From: Ptychomitrium polyphyllum
Lineage: Eukaryota
DNA length: 64,000 bases
Assembly: GCA_973851085.1 (NCBI GenBank)
Contig: OZ316775.1
Location: 6,758,001-6,822,000, forward strand
Reading direction: 5' to 3'
Shown: positions 1-14,526 of the stretch, one piece after another
How positions within the stretch are numbered: the first letter of the stretch is position 1
Layout: each line of letters begins with the position of its first letter
The notes under the pieces: model-generated
The model's input: only the letters and a program-made list of their open reading frames with translations
What the model was told of the DNA's origin: nothing
The model's database searches: none
Made by a program: the position numbers and the translations under genes

Positions 1-67
1 CTGACCCCAAGCACATCTTCCCCGCCACACGCGCTCCCTCCCCCTCTCCCTCTCCGGTCCCTTCCTT

Positions 68-76
68 AAACCCTAA
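68..76 (+). promoter_or_regulatory. Telo-box motif (AAACCCTAA) in a GC/CT-rich promoter-like segment
   Basis: Exact AAACCCTAA at 68-76 inside a C/T-rich stretch (1-300). The target gene is not identified. Confidence 0.3.
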
Positions 77-1891
77 CAACCTCGCCACCATCAAAACCGA
101 CGACCATTGTGAGCCAAAAACACCAAACTTCCAAAAAGAGAAAAGCAAAGGTAAAAGTAACTTTTACACACACGTGCACGTCGATCACCACGCCGGCTCG
201 TGCCAGATGCTGCCCTCCCTGCCCTGCGCTGCCCTGCCCTAAAACCCTCGGTCTCCCTCTTTCCTAGATTCTTCGCTTTCCATGTACACTTGGGGTACAT
301 ACCGTCGTGATTCGTCTCGTCTAGTTGTTACTCTCTTCTTGATATTTTGTTACGCTCACATTGTAGGCCCTTTTTTACATATCTCTACAGTTATTGTGAT
401 ATTTTCAGAAGCTGTCCTTGAATTTAAGCTTTTGTATATACACAAAAGCGCATGAGAGTTAATGATAAAATAATATTTTTACATGACTTAATTTATTTGG
501 TAAATTTTGAAAATTTTATAGAAAGTGTGTTGTGTAGGGAAGAACATAGAATAGAATTTTCAAAGGAAAAAACATTATTGAATAAGTGAATGATTTTAAG
601 CTAGCAAATATTTAGGCAAATTTGACATATTTTTTAAAAGATTAATAAAAAGTTTAATATTCTTAGTCTAGGCTTGACGTCACTCATGTTTAATTGTTCT
701 TAAATCAAAGAAGGGAGACAAAAAATAAATAATTATTATAATATGAATCCATATTGCATGGAACCTTATGATTAGTTAAATTGCTTATAGTTTTACTTTC
801 ATTTTCATAAAGGATAATCATAAATTTATTTTTCAATGATTAATCATCAAAATTTTAACAGATTAGAAGAAAAATGCATGGACCAAATTAGGTTTTTAAT
901 TAAATACATCATCATTCAAGAATTATGTTACCATTGTAGCAATAATATTCAACATGTTTAATTTTGGACTATCTTTTAATGCAATGAAACATGAAGGTCC
1001 ACTAGTATTTGTGAGGAGCAAACCTCTTATTAGCCCTAATTATTCTTTTCTTGATGAACATCCGCAAGGTGATTTTATGAACCTAAGTCTTTGAATTAAA
1101 TGTTTTTGATTAGGGTTTAGAACCCTAAACTAAATGCGTGGTTGTTAAACATGTCCATATACATGTACATCTCAAAAGATAAAAGAAGTTCACAAGATTT
1201 TAATCAAAAGCACATCAGTCCTAAGATCAGTTTTTCTGCTGTCAAAACCAGAGGTTAAAAATTAATTTGTATCATTATTTTGACAGTTGATTTGAGTCAG
1301 TTGATGACACGTTTTTTGTGATTTTATTCACTGCAGTAAGGATTAGGTTGAATGATCCAATACGCAAGGTGCCAAATCTAACACAATTGTTGGCATGGTG
1401 TGTTTATGCTGATGCAATTATCAAGGTCAAAATTCACCAAAGTAACCCAATTCCTCAAACCATATGATGGTATTGCTGAACTACAACACCAGTAGGGAGT
1501 GGATATTCATAATTCTACAAACATGTCTAAAACCTCGTTTCCAGGACTCGTTTTTGTTGTTGAATTGTCTATTTTTGAGTTGAAAGTGCTATATTTAGCA
1601 GTATGTGAATTGCAAACTGAGTTCCACTGTAGCATGGAATTGAAATCTAACAACAAATCTAAGAATGGTGTGAAATGAGCAGATTTATAAGTCAAACTAC
1701 ACACAGGATCAACGCAAGGATTCAGCATTTGCAGACATAGCACGCACCTGCTACCTCATCTCCCCTAGTGAACTTGCTGTAGTGAGCATCAAATCAAATT
1801 TTGTGATAGGTTGTGTTATTTGAGTCATCAGCTTGTGAATAACAGTACACTTATCTGTAAGCATAGTGCAAACCTGACCTCGCAATTTGCC

Positions 1892-2687
1892 ATGCAGGAT
1901 GTATTGCAGAACTTAAACATCTTAGCTCATGTCCCTGCAGTACAGCAAGTTTTCCAAAGTCCAAATGCACAGATGGAACGTTACAAGAGAGGCAGTAGTG
2001 AGAGCTATTTCTCATTCATGTCTGACCTCAACCAGTTACTAGTGATGAATGGTCAACTTCATCAGGATGTGCCCCAACCACATAACCACAAATACATAGC
2101 TCATCAGCTGGCACTTTTACATGCAAGTGACACAAATTCAAGTACAACTAAACCAAATTTGACCAAAGTATGTACTACATTTTTCTTGGACTTGGGTTTT
2201 CCTTGCCGTGTTATTTTATACTTACTGCTCAAGACCTATATATTTGCAGCAATGCTTGACCCAAGTTCAGGGGGAGACACTTCCTTTCAGAAGACAGATT
2301 GAGAAGGCTTTCAATGGTATCAAGCATCTTACTGAAGAAACTGATCCACGCCAACTCAACCAGTTGAGCAAGGAATGGTATGACCTATACAGCCAGCCTT
2401 GCTCATTTAATCTACTGAAACGAAGCTTTGTATACTTTAGTTCAACAATTCAAAAACTCTTGCCAAAATATTAATAGAAATTTGAGATGTTTGCATGGAC
2501 AACATCCCGAATAACTGAACAACTGTCCAGGTTGCAAGAGTTGACAGAGGGTGTGCACTCTGCTGTCAGGAGTCTTCCACCTCAACTGTATGCACATATC
2601 AAAACCTTCTGTGAATTGACAAAGAGACTTCATTCCACTGAAGCCCACCATAGGGTGCCACTCAATGGTAGTGGTTTGAATAGATAA
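1892..2687 (+). CDS. Uncharacterised ~171-aa protein, 3 exons (1892-2122, 2250-2377, 2531-2687); further upstream exons possible
   Basis: Three ORF pieces join in frame through a GC-AG intron (2123-2249) and a GT-AG intron (2378-2530): MQDVLQNL...HNHKYIAHQLALLH|QCLTQ...LSKEW|LQELTEG...GLNR*. The exons total 516 nt with no internal stop. Confidence 0.6.
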
Positions 2688-3049
2688 TCAACTGGGTCCT
2701 CATTCACAAATAATGCCTGACATGGCAATTCAAACCTGATTCAGGTTCTGGTCCAACTGTTCTGAAATTCCTGACTTAACAGTGGTTGTCAACCCTGTGT
2801 GGCAAGATAATCCACGGTTTATGATATGATAACTAGTTCTTCGAATGCAACCAATCACAAACAAGATTATTGTTATAGATTGGACACTATTTTTATGGTA
2901 AATTTAAGATTGTTGCATAATTTTAAGAAGAAGTAAAAAGAAGATGTTGCAAGTATGCTTTATACATTAAATGAATAATTTCTTCCATCTTCCATCAATT
3001 AATATGATGACACGTTTACAAATCCACCTAGTACAAGAAGCATTTTATG

Positions 3050-4445
3050 TTGTCTATCAAAGACAATGTGGATGTATCTTTTTAAATACTACATGAAGGA
3101 ACTAAAAGGATTTATAAAAACAAGGCTAATCTTGAAGGCGATATGGCTCATGGTTACATGAAGAAAGAAGCCATTGGATTTTAAATAAGGTATTTGATAG
3201 AATATACAATTGTCAAATAACAAGCATGAGATGATAAAGAAGAGGCTTCAGTAATTGATGAAATAATGGAAAGAAGACTAAAAGACCAATTTATATTAGC
3301 AATTTCTTGCTTTTGGATACAGTAATTTATCCTTGACAATGTAATATACTTGGAACCATAAGAAAAATGAGAATTTTCATGCTTGATGCTTTACTTGCAT
3401 TTTATTATATAAAAATTCATATTTGTGTGTTAACAATTTTCATGACCTTTTGCTATAAAATTGGATTAAAAATAATATAAGAAATTTTTAAAACTTGTAA
3501 TTGAAGATGATAAAAGGAAATTTTGTTTTTTTTCCTAATATACATTAATGTGAATTCCGGTTTTCAATGATGCAAAATGAAAATAGCTACTTATTTATAT
3601 CATTGTAAATCAACTTCTATTGATTTTAAAACAAGTAATAGTTAAACAAATAATTGAAATTGATGAAATAAAATATCTGCATATATTAGAATTTACCTTG
3701 ATTTCATTAAATGATTGTTGTGCAAAACAAAAATCTACCTATACTTGTGTTTATTACTTGTATTGTAAATAGTGGTCACTGTTTGAATTTTCATATCCAT
3801 CATGAAGATGTTGTTTTAGAATGGAAGAAGAAAAAGAACACCTTTTGAAGATCCAATTGTAGGAAGCAAAATAAAAGACAACCTACATATCCATTCAATG
3901 TAAGATTACTTTTTTTTGAGCATTGGATTGAAGAAATAATATAACGTTAGGTACAAACAAAGATGAATGTGTTAATAGACATTGTTGAATCACTAAGACC
4001 TTCAATGTCAACACCTATTGCTTATTGGAACATATCTACAAATGAAAATTATTGTTGATTGGCAAGTATATAAGATAGCTACATCATTTGTGATAGCATT
4101 ATAAAAGCAACTTTTTACAAAGCACTGGCATTCAAATAAAAGAGATATGAACACAATTGAAACAAATTTATAATATATAAGGCAAATTTGAAAATATGGA
4201 AGCCCAATTATTATTGTTATTTATTATAGTTTTGGTAGGTAAAGTATATGAAGACCAATTATTGTAACACAAATGCAACAATTTTGAAGAATAATTGAAA
4301 ATTTATACGTGCTAATTTTGGTGCAACAATTGGATTGGATTTTATCCATTTTCTTTTTTTATTCATTGTGAGAAGTATTTATCAAAATACAATAAATTCT
4401 TAAGATGGAAAATTGTATCAAAGAAAAAATATGAGGTATGCATAT
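3050..4445 (+). mobile_element. Degenerate CACTA (En/Spm) transposase remnant
   Basis: 3068-3184 translates WMYLFKYYMKELKGFIKNKANLEGDMAHGYMKKEAIGF*, matching the CACTA DUF4218-type motif (WMYPxERYMKxLKGYVRNKAxPEGSMAEGY). Downstream sequence is AT-rich and full of stops. Confidence 0.75.
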
Positions 4446-4943
4446 TGTCACGGACATAGATCATACAACATAGTCTCTAGAACATTCTAAAATCTTTTGG
4501 TACATTATAGCAGCTTTTTAGAAAACTTTCAAATGTTTCCATAGCCTTTCCATATTTTTAGGAAGCTTCCTAAGAAAATTCCTCCACCTTAGGAAAGTTC
4601 CATCACCTTAGGAAACTTCCTAGGAAGGTTCTATCTCTTTAAAAAACTTCCAAGGAAGGTTCCAACATCTTAGGAAACTTCTTGAGAAGGTTCCCTAGAC
4701 TTCTAGAACATTCTTAAACTTTATAGGAAACTTCTTTAGAAATATCCTAGAAGATACAAGCATCATAGTATAAATAGGAGGTAAGACAAGGTATTCCTTA
4801 GTCTTGCCAACACAAGTTGTGGATCATCTTGTACCCTGCCTTGTTCTAGTTTTTGTATCAAGTTCTTGTTAATCATTAGCTCTTTGGAAGCTAATTCTTG
4901 GGAATTACTTTGTTTTTGCTTCTTTTTTCTTCTGTTTTTAATA
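4446..4943 (+). mobile_element. Solo LTR (~498 bp) with CATAT target-site duplication
   Basis: Starts TGTCA and ends TAATA (decayed TGACA). CATAT flanks it at 4441-4445 and 4944-4948. It contains TTAGGAAACTTCC-like subrepeats (~4555-4740) and TATAAATAGG near 4770. Confidence 0.6.
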
Positions 4944-7857
4944 CATATTAACACAAAATCCAATGACAATGATACAAAATGCTTGAAATGGGTTAAAGCT
5001 ACAATTTTGAAAGGCTTGTTCCATTATAAGTTGTGTATCACAAATTGTATCCAATGCTAATTCTTTGCCAATATCAATCAATCAAAATTGTAAGAAAAAT
5101 TGTCATTATACACCATTAAAATATAATTTTTTTGTATAAATCTATTATAATACATCACATTAATTGAATGATGATGGAACAACGTTAAGGTTATATGTTG
5201 GATTTCTTTCAACAATATTGAATCCATGGTAGGATCTCTACTTCCTAAAGTTTTGTAAAGAAAATAAATAGGAACTAATAATATAATCACTTATACTTGT
5301 AGCAACCATGAATATTAATAAAGAAAAATCGTTCCAATAATTTAACCCATTCTTTTCCAACGAAGTTGAGTGTTAGACACTCATTGGAAGAAAAATCTTA
5401 GGCCAATAAATTAATGTGAAGTTGAGAAAAGCATGTTTTTAAACCATCTTTAGAAATCAAGTTCCATCCAATTGGCTACTTGCATTTCGTCTATTTTGAG
5501 CGTTTTCAAGAAACACAGGTTTGTAAGTAATCATGTATTGGTTCAGGGGCAACCTATGTAACAAGCAGGGTTCTAACAAACTTTTGACTTTGATAACTTG
5601 AAACAGTGTAACTATTAGGAATAAAAATATGAAAGAATTGCGTTTTCCATGATTTCTTTTTCTCAACTGAAAAAAATGTTCATTTTCCTATACTACTACA
5701 ATACTTAAGCTAGAATGCTTAAGTTATTGAGATATGATGTTTCTACTGAAACTCATGAATGCAAACATCTGCTCAAGTTCAATCCACGAAGGGGATATAC
5801 TGATGCCATGACGGAACCATTGGAGAGGATGAGAGCAATTGACTGAATACCAAGCCCTCCCAACAAGGCGAACCTCTCCAACGACAATGGGACAACAAAA
5901 GATCAGAATCTATCTCCTGTCCAGCTCCGCCTGTGCTTTCCCAGGCATCAGGACGGAGACTCTTAGGTCACCTAGGACCATCACTCGTTTTATGCTTGCT
6001 GTGTTTCTCTGCAGTTTATAAAATATTGTACTGTTTTCATACTGCTATTGTTCCGTGTTTGCCATACACAAGGAACCGTGCTGGCACTCTATACAACATC
6101 CCCTTCGCAGGCACTAATCTTGATATGCTCCAGTCTTCAGTGACCAAATACGCTGGAAGTATCCGAATGTCCTACTTCTTTCACATGTCCTTGTTCAGAC
6201 ATAAGACTTGGTTGTTGGCGGTAATTTTGGGTGAGGAGAACAGTATGATACTGCATTATTCATGCTGTCCTTGCTGGACAGTGCTCCCATGTTTTGTGGA
6301 TGACACCAAGAATCACCTTCGTTCTTCTTCTTAGGGCCACCTTACACCTTCCACGGCCCACATGAGAAGGGATTTCTTGTCATGTTTAGATAAACTTTAG
6401 GAATATGATTGGTCAAACCTTACAAGTTCTTTCATAAGGTTTTATACCTTCTCTTGATGTCCTTGAAAGTAGCAATTTGAAGATGAATGAGAAAATGAGT
6501 TGGTTGCTTACATGGCAATTTTTATTACAAGAAAGTCTTCTCAAGTTGACTTTTTAAGTAGTATTCTTGGATCATTCTTGGAATGTGTTGTTCTCAAAGG
6601 ATATCTTAGTATACTAATGTAAAATGCCTTGTAAAAATAGATATGCTATATTAATAGCATTCTTATGTAAAATATTTTTTACAACCATTAAACAATTGTG
6701 TAATTTTTTTATAATATTCTTTAAGTCCTATACAAAGTAGGCCTTTGAAGTTTCTAATAGATAAAAAGTAAACATGAAACATGTATTAGTGGTAATGATA
6801 TACTTATTTCTAAATTTAAGAAGCTCACATCTGGTCATCAAAGTGAAGCAACTACATACTTTTATCAAATAGGGCTCAATGAAAAGGAAACAAATCATTT
6901 TGCATCATATAACATGATTTGCAAGAGTCAAAATACAACCGTTGTATTAATTTACAATTGTCTTGAAAATGTTTCTTACTGGAAGAGGAAAATTAGTATA
7001 TACCAAATATAAATATTATATTAAAGAGGAATATTAGAGTGCCTATGAAACTAAATTTACCTTCAATGTGACACCACTTAGATCTTTCTCAATTAACATA
7101 TATTAAAAAAAATTAAAATTTAAAATTAAAAAAAAATTATATATACATATATATGAATAAGTGTTGTATGAACTATCATACAACACTGTCATACCCTAAA
7201 CAGTAAACCCAAATTGTATTGCAGATACGAGCACACTAGAGCACCTACACAAAAAGCTCGCAGAAAAGACTCTTCTAAAACTTTAACTGCCTGGGGAACC
7301 CAAAAGGTTACTCCCCACGAAAGCTTAGAACCATGACATTTACTCATCGTTCAAAAGGAACATGTTCTCAGAAACATTCTTCCACTGCCAATTATTCTTC
7401 AACGGATGCAACAAATGCAATCCCTCCCATGACTGATGTTGCCTATGGAATGTTTCGGCGGAAAAAAAGGTGGACCATGGCATCTCCAACACAATACTTC
7501 AGGAATCTCTAAGACACGTTTCCTAGACGATAGCTCACCATTACACAACTCCACCCCCTGTACTAAGTCAAACGTTCGACGTCAGAATCTACTTAGAAGC
7601 TCGATACTAAAACACTAAAACAAGAAAACACTGCCACTTTTTGCAGCATCACTAACAAAAAAAGACTAACGATCTCCTTTTAGTGGGCCATCCTCTCGCT
7701 GGATCCAACCGGCAATGCGCCCCCCACCTCGAGTTGGCCAAATTACTGCAGTTAAGAGCGACACGCGGGACCCCACGTCGGATCCTGCCCGACCAGCTCA
7801 GCTGAATCCGAGTCCACCTAGGAGTTCCGAGGTGTCGTCGAATGAGACTAAAGCGGG

Positions 7858-10800
7858 ATGAAGCGAGAATCTAGGTGCGGAGGCGCTAGACCGGGGAGGC
7901 GAAAGCTGTGGCGATTGGAGCGTTGCACCTGTGGGTGCGGGGATGGTGGACTGATGAAGCGCGATCCGGCGCCAGGAGAAGCTTTTTCTTCGCTGCGTGG
8001 TTCTAGAATCATGTCGTCGTCGTCGTCGACGATCTCGAACCTGCGCGACGTTGAGCGCGACGGGCGCGCCAGCCCCTTGCAGCCCTGCAACCGGGGGCGC
8101 TTGTGGGACATGGACCAGCGCATTGACCAGCCGCTGGGCGCGGAAGCCGATCACGTCAAGTCCATGTATCTCACCACGGTAATGCCACAATCAAGGTCCC
8201 CTGCATCACCTCTGTGATTCTCGGTCCTGAGTAGGTTTGACAAAGATCGAGCTCAGTTTCGAAGTTTCTGGGTCATGTTGGTGTTGGTGGTGGTTTTAGT
8301 TCTTCGAGTATAGTGAGGATTCCGGGTGTGGACGTGGTGCTCTACGTTGTTGATTGAAGTTAAGGGGCTGTAGGGGAAGTTGGCACGTTTAGGAGGAGTT
8401 TGAAGAAGGGAGTGGAGTGATGGTTGGAGGAAGTAGTCTGTCGGTGCGAGAAGGGGGAGGTTGAAGCTCGTCAGGGTTTACGTGAATTGCCTGGGCGACG
8501 TTTAGTGTACAGTATCGAATTGCTGGTTTGTTTTTTAATTTAGTTAGCTCAGTTTTGAGGAGGGGAATAAGATTTGGTAAAGTTGCTAGAAGAGGAGTAG
8601 CGTAGTTGCGCCTTCTCAACACGAACTTAGCTTTACTGAGCTTCTTTCTCTTTGGAGATGGAAAGAGCTTCACATTGTTGGTTACAGCGGGAGCTGGATT
8701 GTTGTGCGCGATCGAGGGATAGTACTTGTGTTAGGGAGTACTGGATTACAGTTAGGATGGTAATCGGCAGTGCGTTATAGTTTTCTTTGTCTTGGTCGTC
8801 CTCGTCCAGAGTCGATTCTTGACACCTGTGAACAGTGGCAAGTCGCGAGACGGTTGAGTGCGTGTGGCTGGCGTTTCTACAAGTTAAGTCCAACCGAGCA
8901 CCACACTGCAGTTTCTGTTAAAGTAGAACAGTAGGAAGACATTTATAGTTTACTGTACTGCGAAGATTTGATCACTGATTCCCTACGTTTCTAAACTCGG
9001 AGAATCAAATTCACGAGTGACGAGCTCTTTCTTCAATCTTTGTACTACACTTAGTGACGAGGCCTGCTTGAGTTACTTTGATCGATCATGTTGATGTTCT
9101 TGTACATCAATTGATTACTTTAGGATACTCATTGTTGTCATGAAATCCCTGTCATTGTCTTTGTGTGCTGGATCCACAGTGTAAAGATTTACATTTGAAT
9201 ATGCCACTGTATGTTATGAGAATTTCATGAGGTATTTCTGTAGAAAATTCCGTGTTGAACTAGTGTCGCGTTAAATTTTCTTACCTGCCATGGTCCATGT
9301 CCACCTGATTTAAAACGGAAAGATATTACTGAATGTACCATTCAGTTAGTTCTAAGAAAGCACGGAAGACTCGCATGGAGTGATTCTTTTTTGGAATACC
9401 TTGCAATCTTTGGCCATTTTGAGACTCTGCTTTGTGTGAACATCTTGCACAGTTTCAATACTTGGCTCTGATCAAACTAATTGTGTAAGACGTTAACAAG
9501 AGAGGTTGTCCTGGTCGGCCGGTTCTGTAGGTTGTACCGCTGAGTGTGGTGGCGCGCTTGGCGTATCAGAGCCTGGGGGTGGTATATGGAGACTTGGGCA
9601 CATCGCCGTTGTACGTTTTCAAGAGCACGTTTGCCAATCTGACAGTGAACAACAAAGACGACATAATCGGAGTCTTGTCTCTCATCATCTACACCCTTAC
9701 AATTATTCCTTTGATCAAATACATCATCATCGTCCTCAGAGCTAACGACAACGGTGAAGGTAAACAGAAGACTCAGATTTCCGTAATATTTATTTTCTTT
9801 TGATTTTTCCCATTTCTAGGGTTTTTACAATTTGGAAGGAACCCTGAGTTCACAAGGATGTGGTTCTCAGTTTAAATGAAATCTACTTCTGTGGTGCAGG
9901 GGGTACATTCGCTCTCTACTCTCTGCTGTGCCGATACTGTAACATAAGCTCGTTGCCAAACAGTCACCCCTCCGATGTAGAGCTCACCACGTACCTCGTG
10001 GAGCATGCCAATCAGAAAAAATACCTGCAGAAGAAGCTGGAGGGCAGCTCTTTTCTTCAAAAAGTGTTGCTGATAATCGTGCTGTTGGGTACCAGTATGG
10101 TGATAGGTGATGGCATACTGACCCCAGCAATCTCAGGTAAAAACTCGATGGTCCAGCTTTTGGGCTACAGGTGTATGGCCTAACTTCATCATGGTAGCTT
10201 TTGATTGAAGATTGTGGTTTTCTTGAGACGATGTCATTGTACATGTAGGTCTAGAAAGTTATTAACAGAAACTATCACCTTTGATGAGATGTCGTCCGTG
10301 CCCAGAATATGCTCAATTAGAGATGACACAATAAATGCTTTGTCTATCCGGATCATTCTTGAAGAAGATGCAACAAGTGGCCTACAAATTTCAGATGAGC
10401 AGCCTTGCTGATGATGCCTCATATTTTGCTCTATGTATGCAGTCTTGTCAGCAGTGGTTGGGATTAAGGCTGCTTCATCCAGCTTGGACACCAGTAAGCC
10501 AATCTTGTTCTGTAATTTGGCTTTAGTTCTTCTTGGAACTGGTTGTGAGTGAATGAAGTCTTTTGGACTGATTATGCGTGAATACCCAATTGATGTGTGC
10601 AAGATTTAATTCTAATGTGTTTCTATTCTGCCTTTGCAGATGTGGTTACTGTGTTGTCGTTGGTCATATTGGTCATTCTCTTCAGCCTGCAGCGTTTCGG
10701 CACAGCAAGAGTCTCATTCTTATTCGCGCCAATCTTCACCACTTGGTTTTTAGTACTTGCCCTCCTGGGTTGCTACAACATCATCAAATGGGACAAATCT

Positions 10801-13529
10801 GTATTTCAAGCCTTTTCTCCCCTTCAAATTGTATATTTCTTCAAAAGAAACGGAAGGTCAGGTTGGGAGCATCTCGGCGGAGTCGTCCTATGTATGACAG
10901 GTACTTAATCTAACCTGTTACTTTAATTATTTATCACAATTATCGATGTTGTTGATCATATGACAATCGTCACAAAGTGTTCAGTCAAGTCGTTTCTGAC
11001 GATTTAAATGGCCCTAACCCTGTAGGAACGGAGGCCTTGTTTGCCGACTTGGGTCACTTCAGCTATTGGTCTATTCAGGTGAAGAAAAATAAATGAATTC
11101 ATTTTCTCTTCTTTTGTAGTTTATGCACAGTTGATCAAACGTACATTATGTCTACAGAAGTTAGTCCAACAGTTTGGCCTTAAAGTCTTTGACAGAGAGC
11201 TGTGTTTTTTTGCAGATTGCGTTCACTACCCTGGTGTACCCCTGCCTAATTCTCACTTACATTGGACAGTCTGCATACCTTGTGGGACACATGGGTGACG
11301 TCAGCGACCCCTTTTATTCCTCACTTCCACGTATGTGATATCTGCTTCTGATACCGATACTCAGATTTGCATTGCTCATTGTCAATACTTAACTTAAGTT
11401 CTTCATGTCTTGCTTTACTTTCTTGTTTCTTTTGTGCGAAGAAAATCAATATAGTTGTAATGTTACACCAAGCGTACTGAGGATCGTTAGTCACTCACTG
11501 GTTTCTCAGATCCATATGATTGTGTTTTCCTGGCTTCCTTTGCAGAAACTCTTTACTGGCCCATCTTTGTATTGGCAACGTTGGCAGCCATGGTCGCAAG
11601 CCAAGCTATCATCACGGCAACGTTCTCCATAGTGAAGCAATCAGTAGCATTGGGATGCTTCCCTCGCGTGAAGATCGTCCATACATCCAACAACATTGCT
11701 GGACAAGTGTACATTCCCGAAATCAACTGGATTCTCATGGTTCTATGCCTGGTCATCACAGCTGGTTTCAGAGACACCAACGAAATTGGAAATGCCTACG
11801 GTGTTCATCCATACCTCACGTTGACAAGATTAATATCAAATCAAACCAGTACTGCGTTCATTTTCTCAATTGATTTTCACTATCATCCTAGAGGACCCTT
11901 AATGGCCACTTTCAGAATTTTTGCGTACATAAACATGCAGACTGAGAGTGAGCGAAATGTTCTTAATTCCCCAATCAGAAAAGAAGAACATGCACAAAGA
12001 GAGGAGACGTTTTGAAAATTTCATAAGCTTTGTATTTAGGGTTGAAATTTGCGTTCATACGGACTCAGAAACAACAATAAAGCCACACCATAAAAAGCGG
12101 ATACATGCACAACGGATAATGTACAATTATTAGTTCATTGTGCATATTAAGAGCAAAATAAACCTCAAAACCAATTTGGTTCTTTCCTGTTGTGTGAATC
12201 TCTGTATGATGTTGCAAGGACCCTGTTGGGACAAGGATCCATACATCAACTATGGCTAATTCTATTTTTTCTGTTGTAATTAAAATTTTGTGCAGGCACT
12301 GCTGTGGTGGTGGTCATGATCGTCACAACTTTCCTGATGTCGCTGGTGATGATCATAGTGTGGCGCAAGCACTTCCTCATAGCCATCCTCTTCTTTGCAG
12401 TCTTCGGCTCCATCGAAGGACTCTACTTAACAGCAGTGCTCTTCAAGATCTCCCTAGGAGGGTGGGTTCCACTCGTCATCGCTGTGTTCTTCGGCACCAT
12501 CATGTACACATGGCACTATGGCACCCTCAAACGCTACCACTACGAATTGCAGCACAAAGTGTCGGTAGGCTGGCTCCTGGGTTTGGGCCCCAGCTTAGGC
12601 CTGGTGCGAGTCCCCGGGATCGGCCTCATGTACACCGACCTGGCCCATGGAGTGCCGCCATTGTTCTCCCACTTCATCACCAACCTCCCGGCCATCCACT
12701 CCACGGTGGTGTTCGTGTGCATCAAGTATCTGCCGGTGAACACCGTGCCGCAGGACGAGCGGTTTCTGATTCGTCGCATTGGCACGAGTGCTTACTCTAT
12801 GTACCGGTGCGCTGCGAGATACGGCTACAAGGATATCCACAGAACAGATGACGACTTCGAGAAGCTACTGATCCAGAAATTGATGAGGTTTGTGGAGGTG
12901 GAGGGATTGCGCCAGCAGTCTGACCGAGAGTCCATGGTTGCTAGTTGGACCGCTGATGAGCAGAACAGGTACATTTGTTTTCTGCCAACCGAAGGTGGCG
13001 TGTGCGTTCAAATCGTTTCCTGTAGACTGTGGTGAAAGTTTTTGGTTTGCTTAACATGTGCCGGGAATCTGATGAGTTTATATTTGCTTGATGATGCAGT
13101 GTCACGTCCACGTCACCCTTGCCTGCCGACACTCCAAACCGAATACAGCTGCAAAGGATGCTGAGATTGCACGGTCGCATGGGAGCTGCGGATCGAAGCT
13201 CCATTCGAAACTACTCCTCCATGGACCCTGCCATTAACTCAGCCACCCAGAGTGCGGACGGAGCTGGCAGTGTTCAGATTCAGAGCGTCAACGGAAGCGA
13301 CTCTGATTCCCAAGACGACCTGGCGTTTCTTAATTCTTGCAAAGATGCCGGAGTGGTATATATTCTGGGCAACAATGTAGTGAAGGCCAGGAAAGATGCG
13401 GGCTTCTTCAAGAAGTTGGCCATCAACTACATTTACACTTTCTTGCGAAGGCTGAGCAGAAACAGCCATGTGGTGCTCAACATCCCCCATGAGTGTCTCC
13501 TTCAGGTGGGCATGGTGTACTATGTATAA
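7858..13529 (+). CDS. HAK: KUP/HAK/KT family potassium transporter, ~10 exons (first exon ends 8178; then ~9531-9759, 9900-10136, 10443-10493, 10640-10900, 11026-11078, 11216-11330, 11546-11800, 12296-12968, 13100-13529)
   Basis: Family motifs [78 protein letters not shown] and C-terminal [10 protein letters not shown], joined by GT-AG introns. The start ATG is uncertain (7858, 7954 or 8011). Confidence 0.95.
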
Positions 13530-14526
13530 TGTTTTATTTTCTTATTTGTACAGGGTTTAGGAGTGTCAACTTACAGATTGATGCCAAATCTGCTCCTGGA
13601 AAGAAAGGGGTGAGTATACGGAGCATAGTAGTATATACTCACCCTATATATAAGGCCTCCTCTGCCTCTGTAAAGAGAGGGGTGTGTAGTATAGGAGTTT
13701 TGTTCCAAAGGCTGTCAGGAGAGATTAGTAGGCAGGTGCAAGGAGGTGAGGTTTGGTCTCATCCTTGGATCGAAAGGTGACTTGTACAGCGCTTCAATTA
13801 CCAATGCTATAAACAAACAAGATGAACACGATGGCAGACATTGATCTTCCGTATGTAAATACACGATCGGGTGCTTGAAATGATGAATGGATCCATTGTG
13901 AGATTCTCAAACTTGTCCTCTTGCTGTTTACAATCGAAAAATATGTCAGAAAAGTGCACTAAAAGGGTGTATCATACTTGTTTTTGCTGTCTACAAGCAG
14001 ATTGTTTTGATGATAGGCCAAGCACCTATTTTTCAAAAGCTCTCATGCCATGTATCTTCGCCTTATTCATAGAAACTGAAGGTGTGTATACCATCTGCAT
14101 TGCAGCGTGTGTTTCAAATTAAAACCAAGAAAGAAGGAAGGGAATTCACCCTCACAAGGCAAGAGCCTCAACCGTTCAAAATTGTAAAGAAACAAAGATG
14201 TCGGTTACCTATCAATTACAACCTCAAGACAGTTAAACCAAACAGGCAGAGCAAACCAGAAATATCCAGTAATGGAAAAGAATGCATGACAAGCTCATTA
14301 AAGATTAAAAAGATACTCGAAGCATCGATTCTCCATGGACGTCACGAATCATTAACATGCTGAGCCCTACACAAATATAAGACGAACCTTACCAGACTCC
14401 ATTTCCTGAAAGAAGTAGCCGAAGCAGAAAAGGAAGAAGCCTTTCACTATCTGCTCACAATAGCACAGCTACCAACACTGATCACCTTGTATGTACATAA
14501 GTTACAGTATTGCACAGTTTCCATTA

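Noticed and set aside
4555..4740. Short regularly spaced repeats that superficially resemble a CRISPR array
   Set aside because: Degenerate, variable-length subrepeats inside an LTR-like element, with no unique spacers or cas genes, in a eukaryotic genome.
5839..6334. ORFs of 60 and 133 aa in a moderately GC-rich patch
   Set aside because: No recognisable motif or consistent splice structure; at most a gene or transposon remnant.
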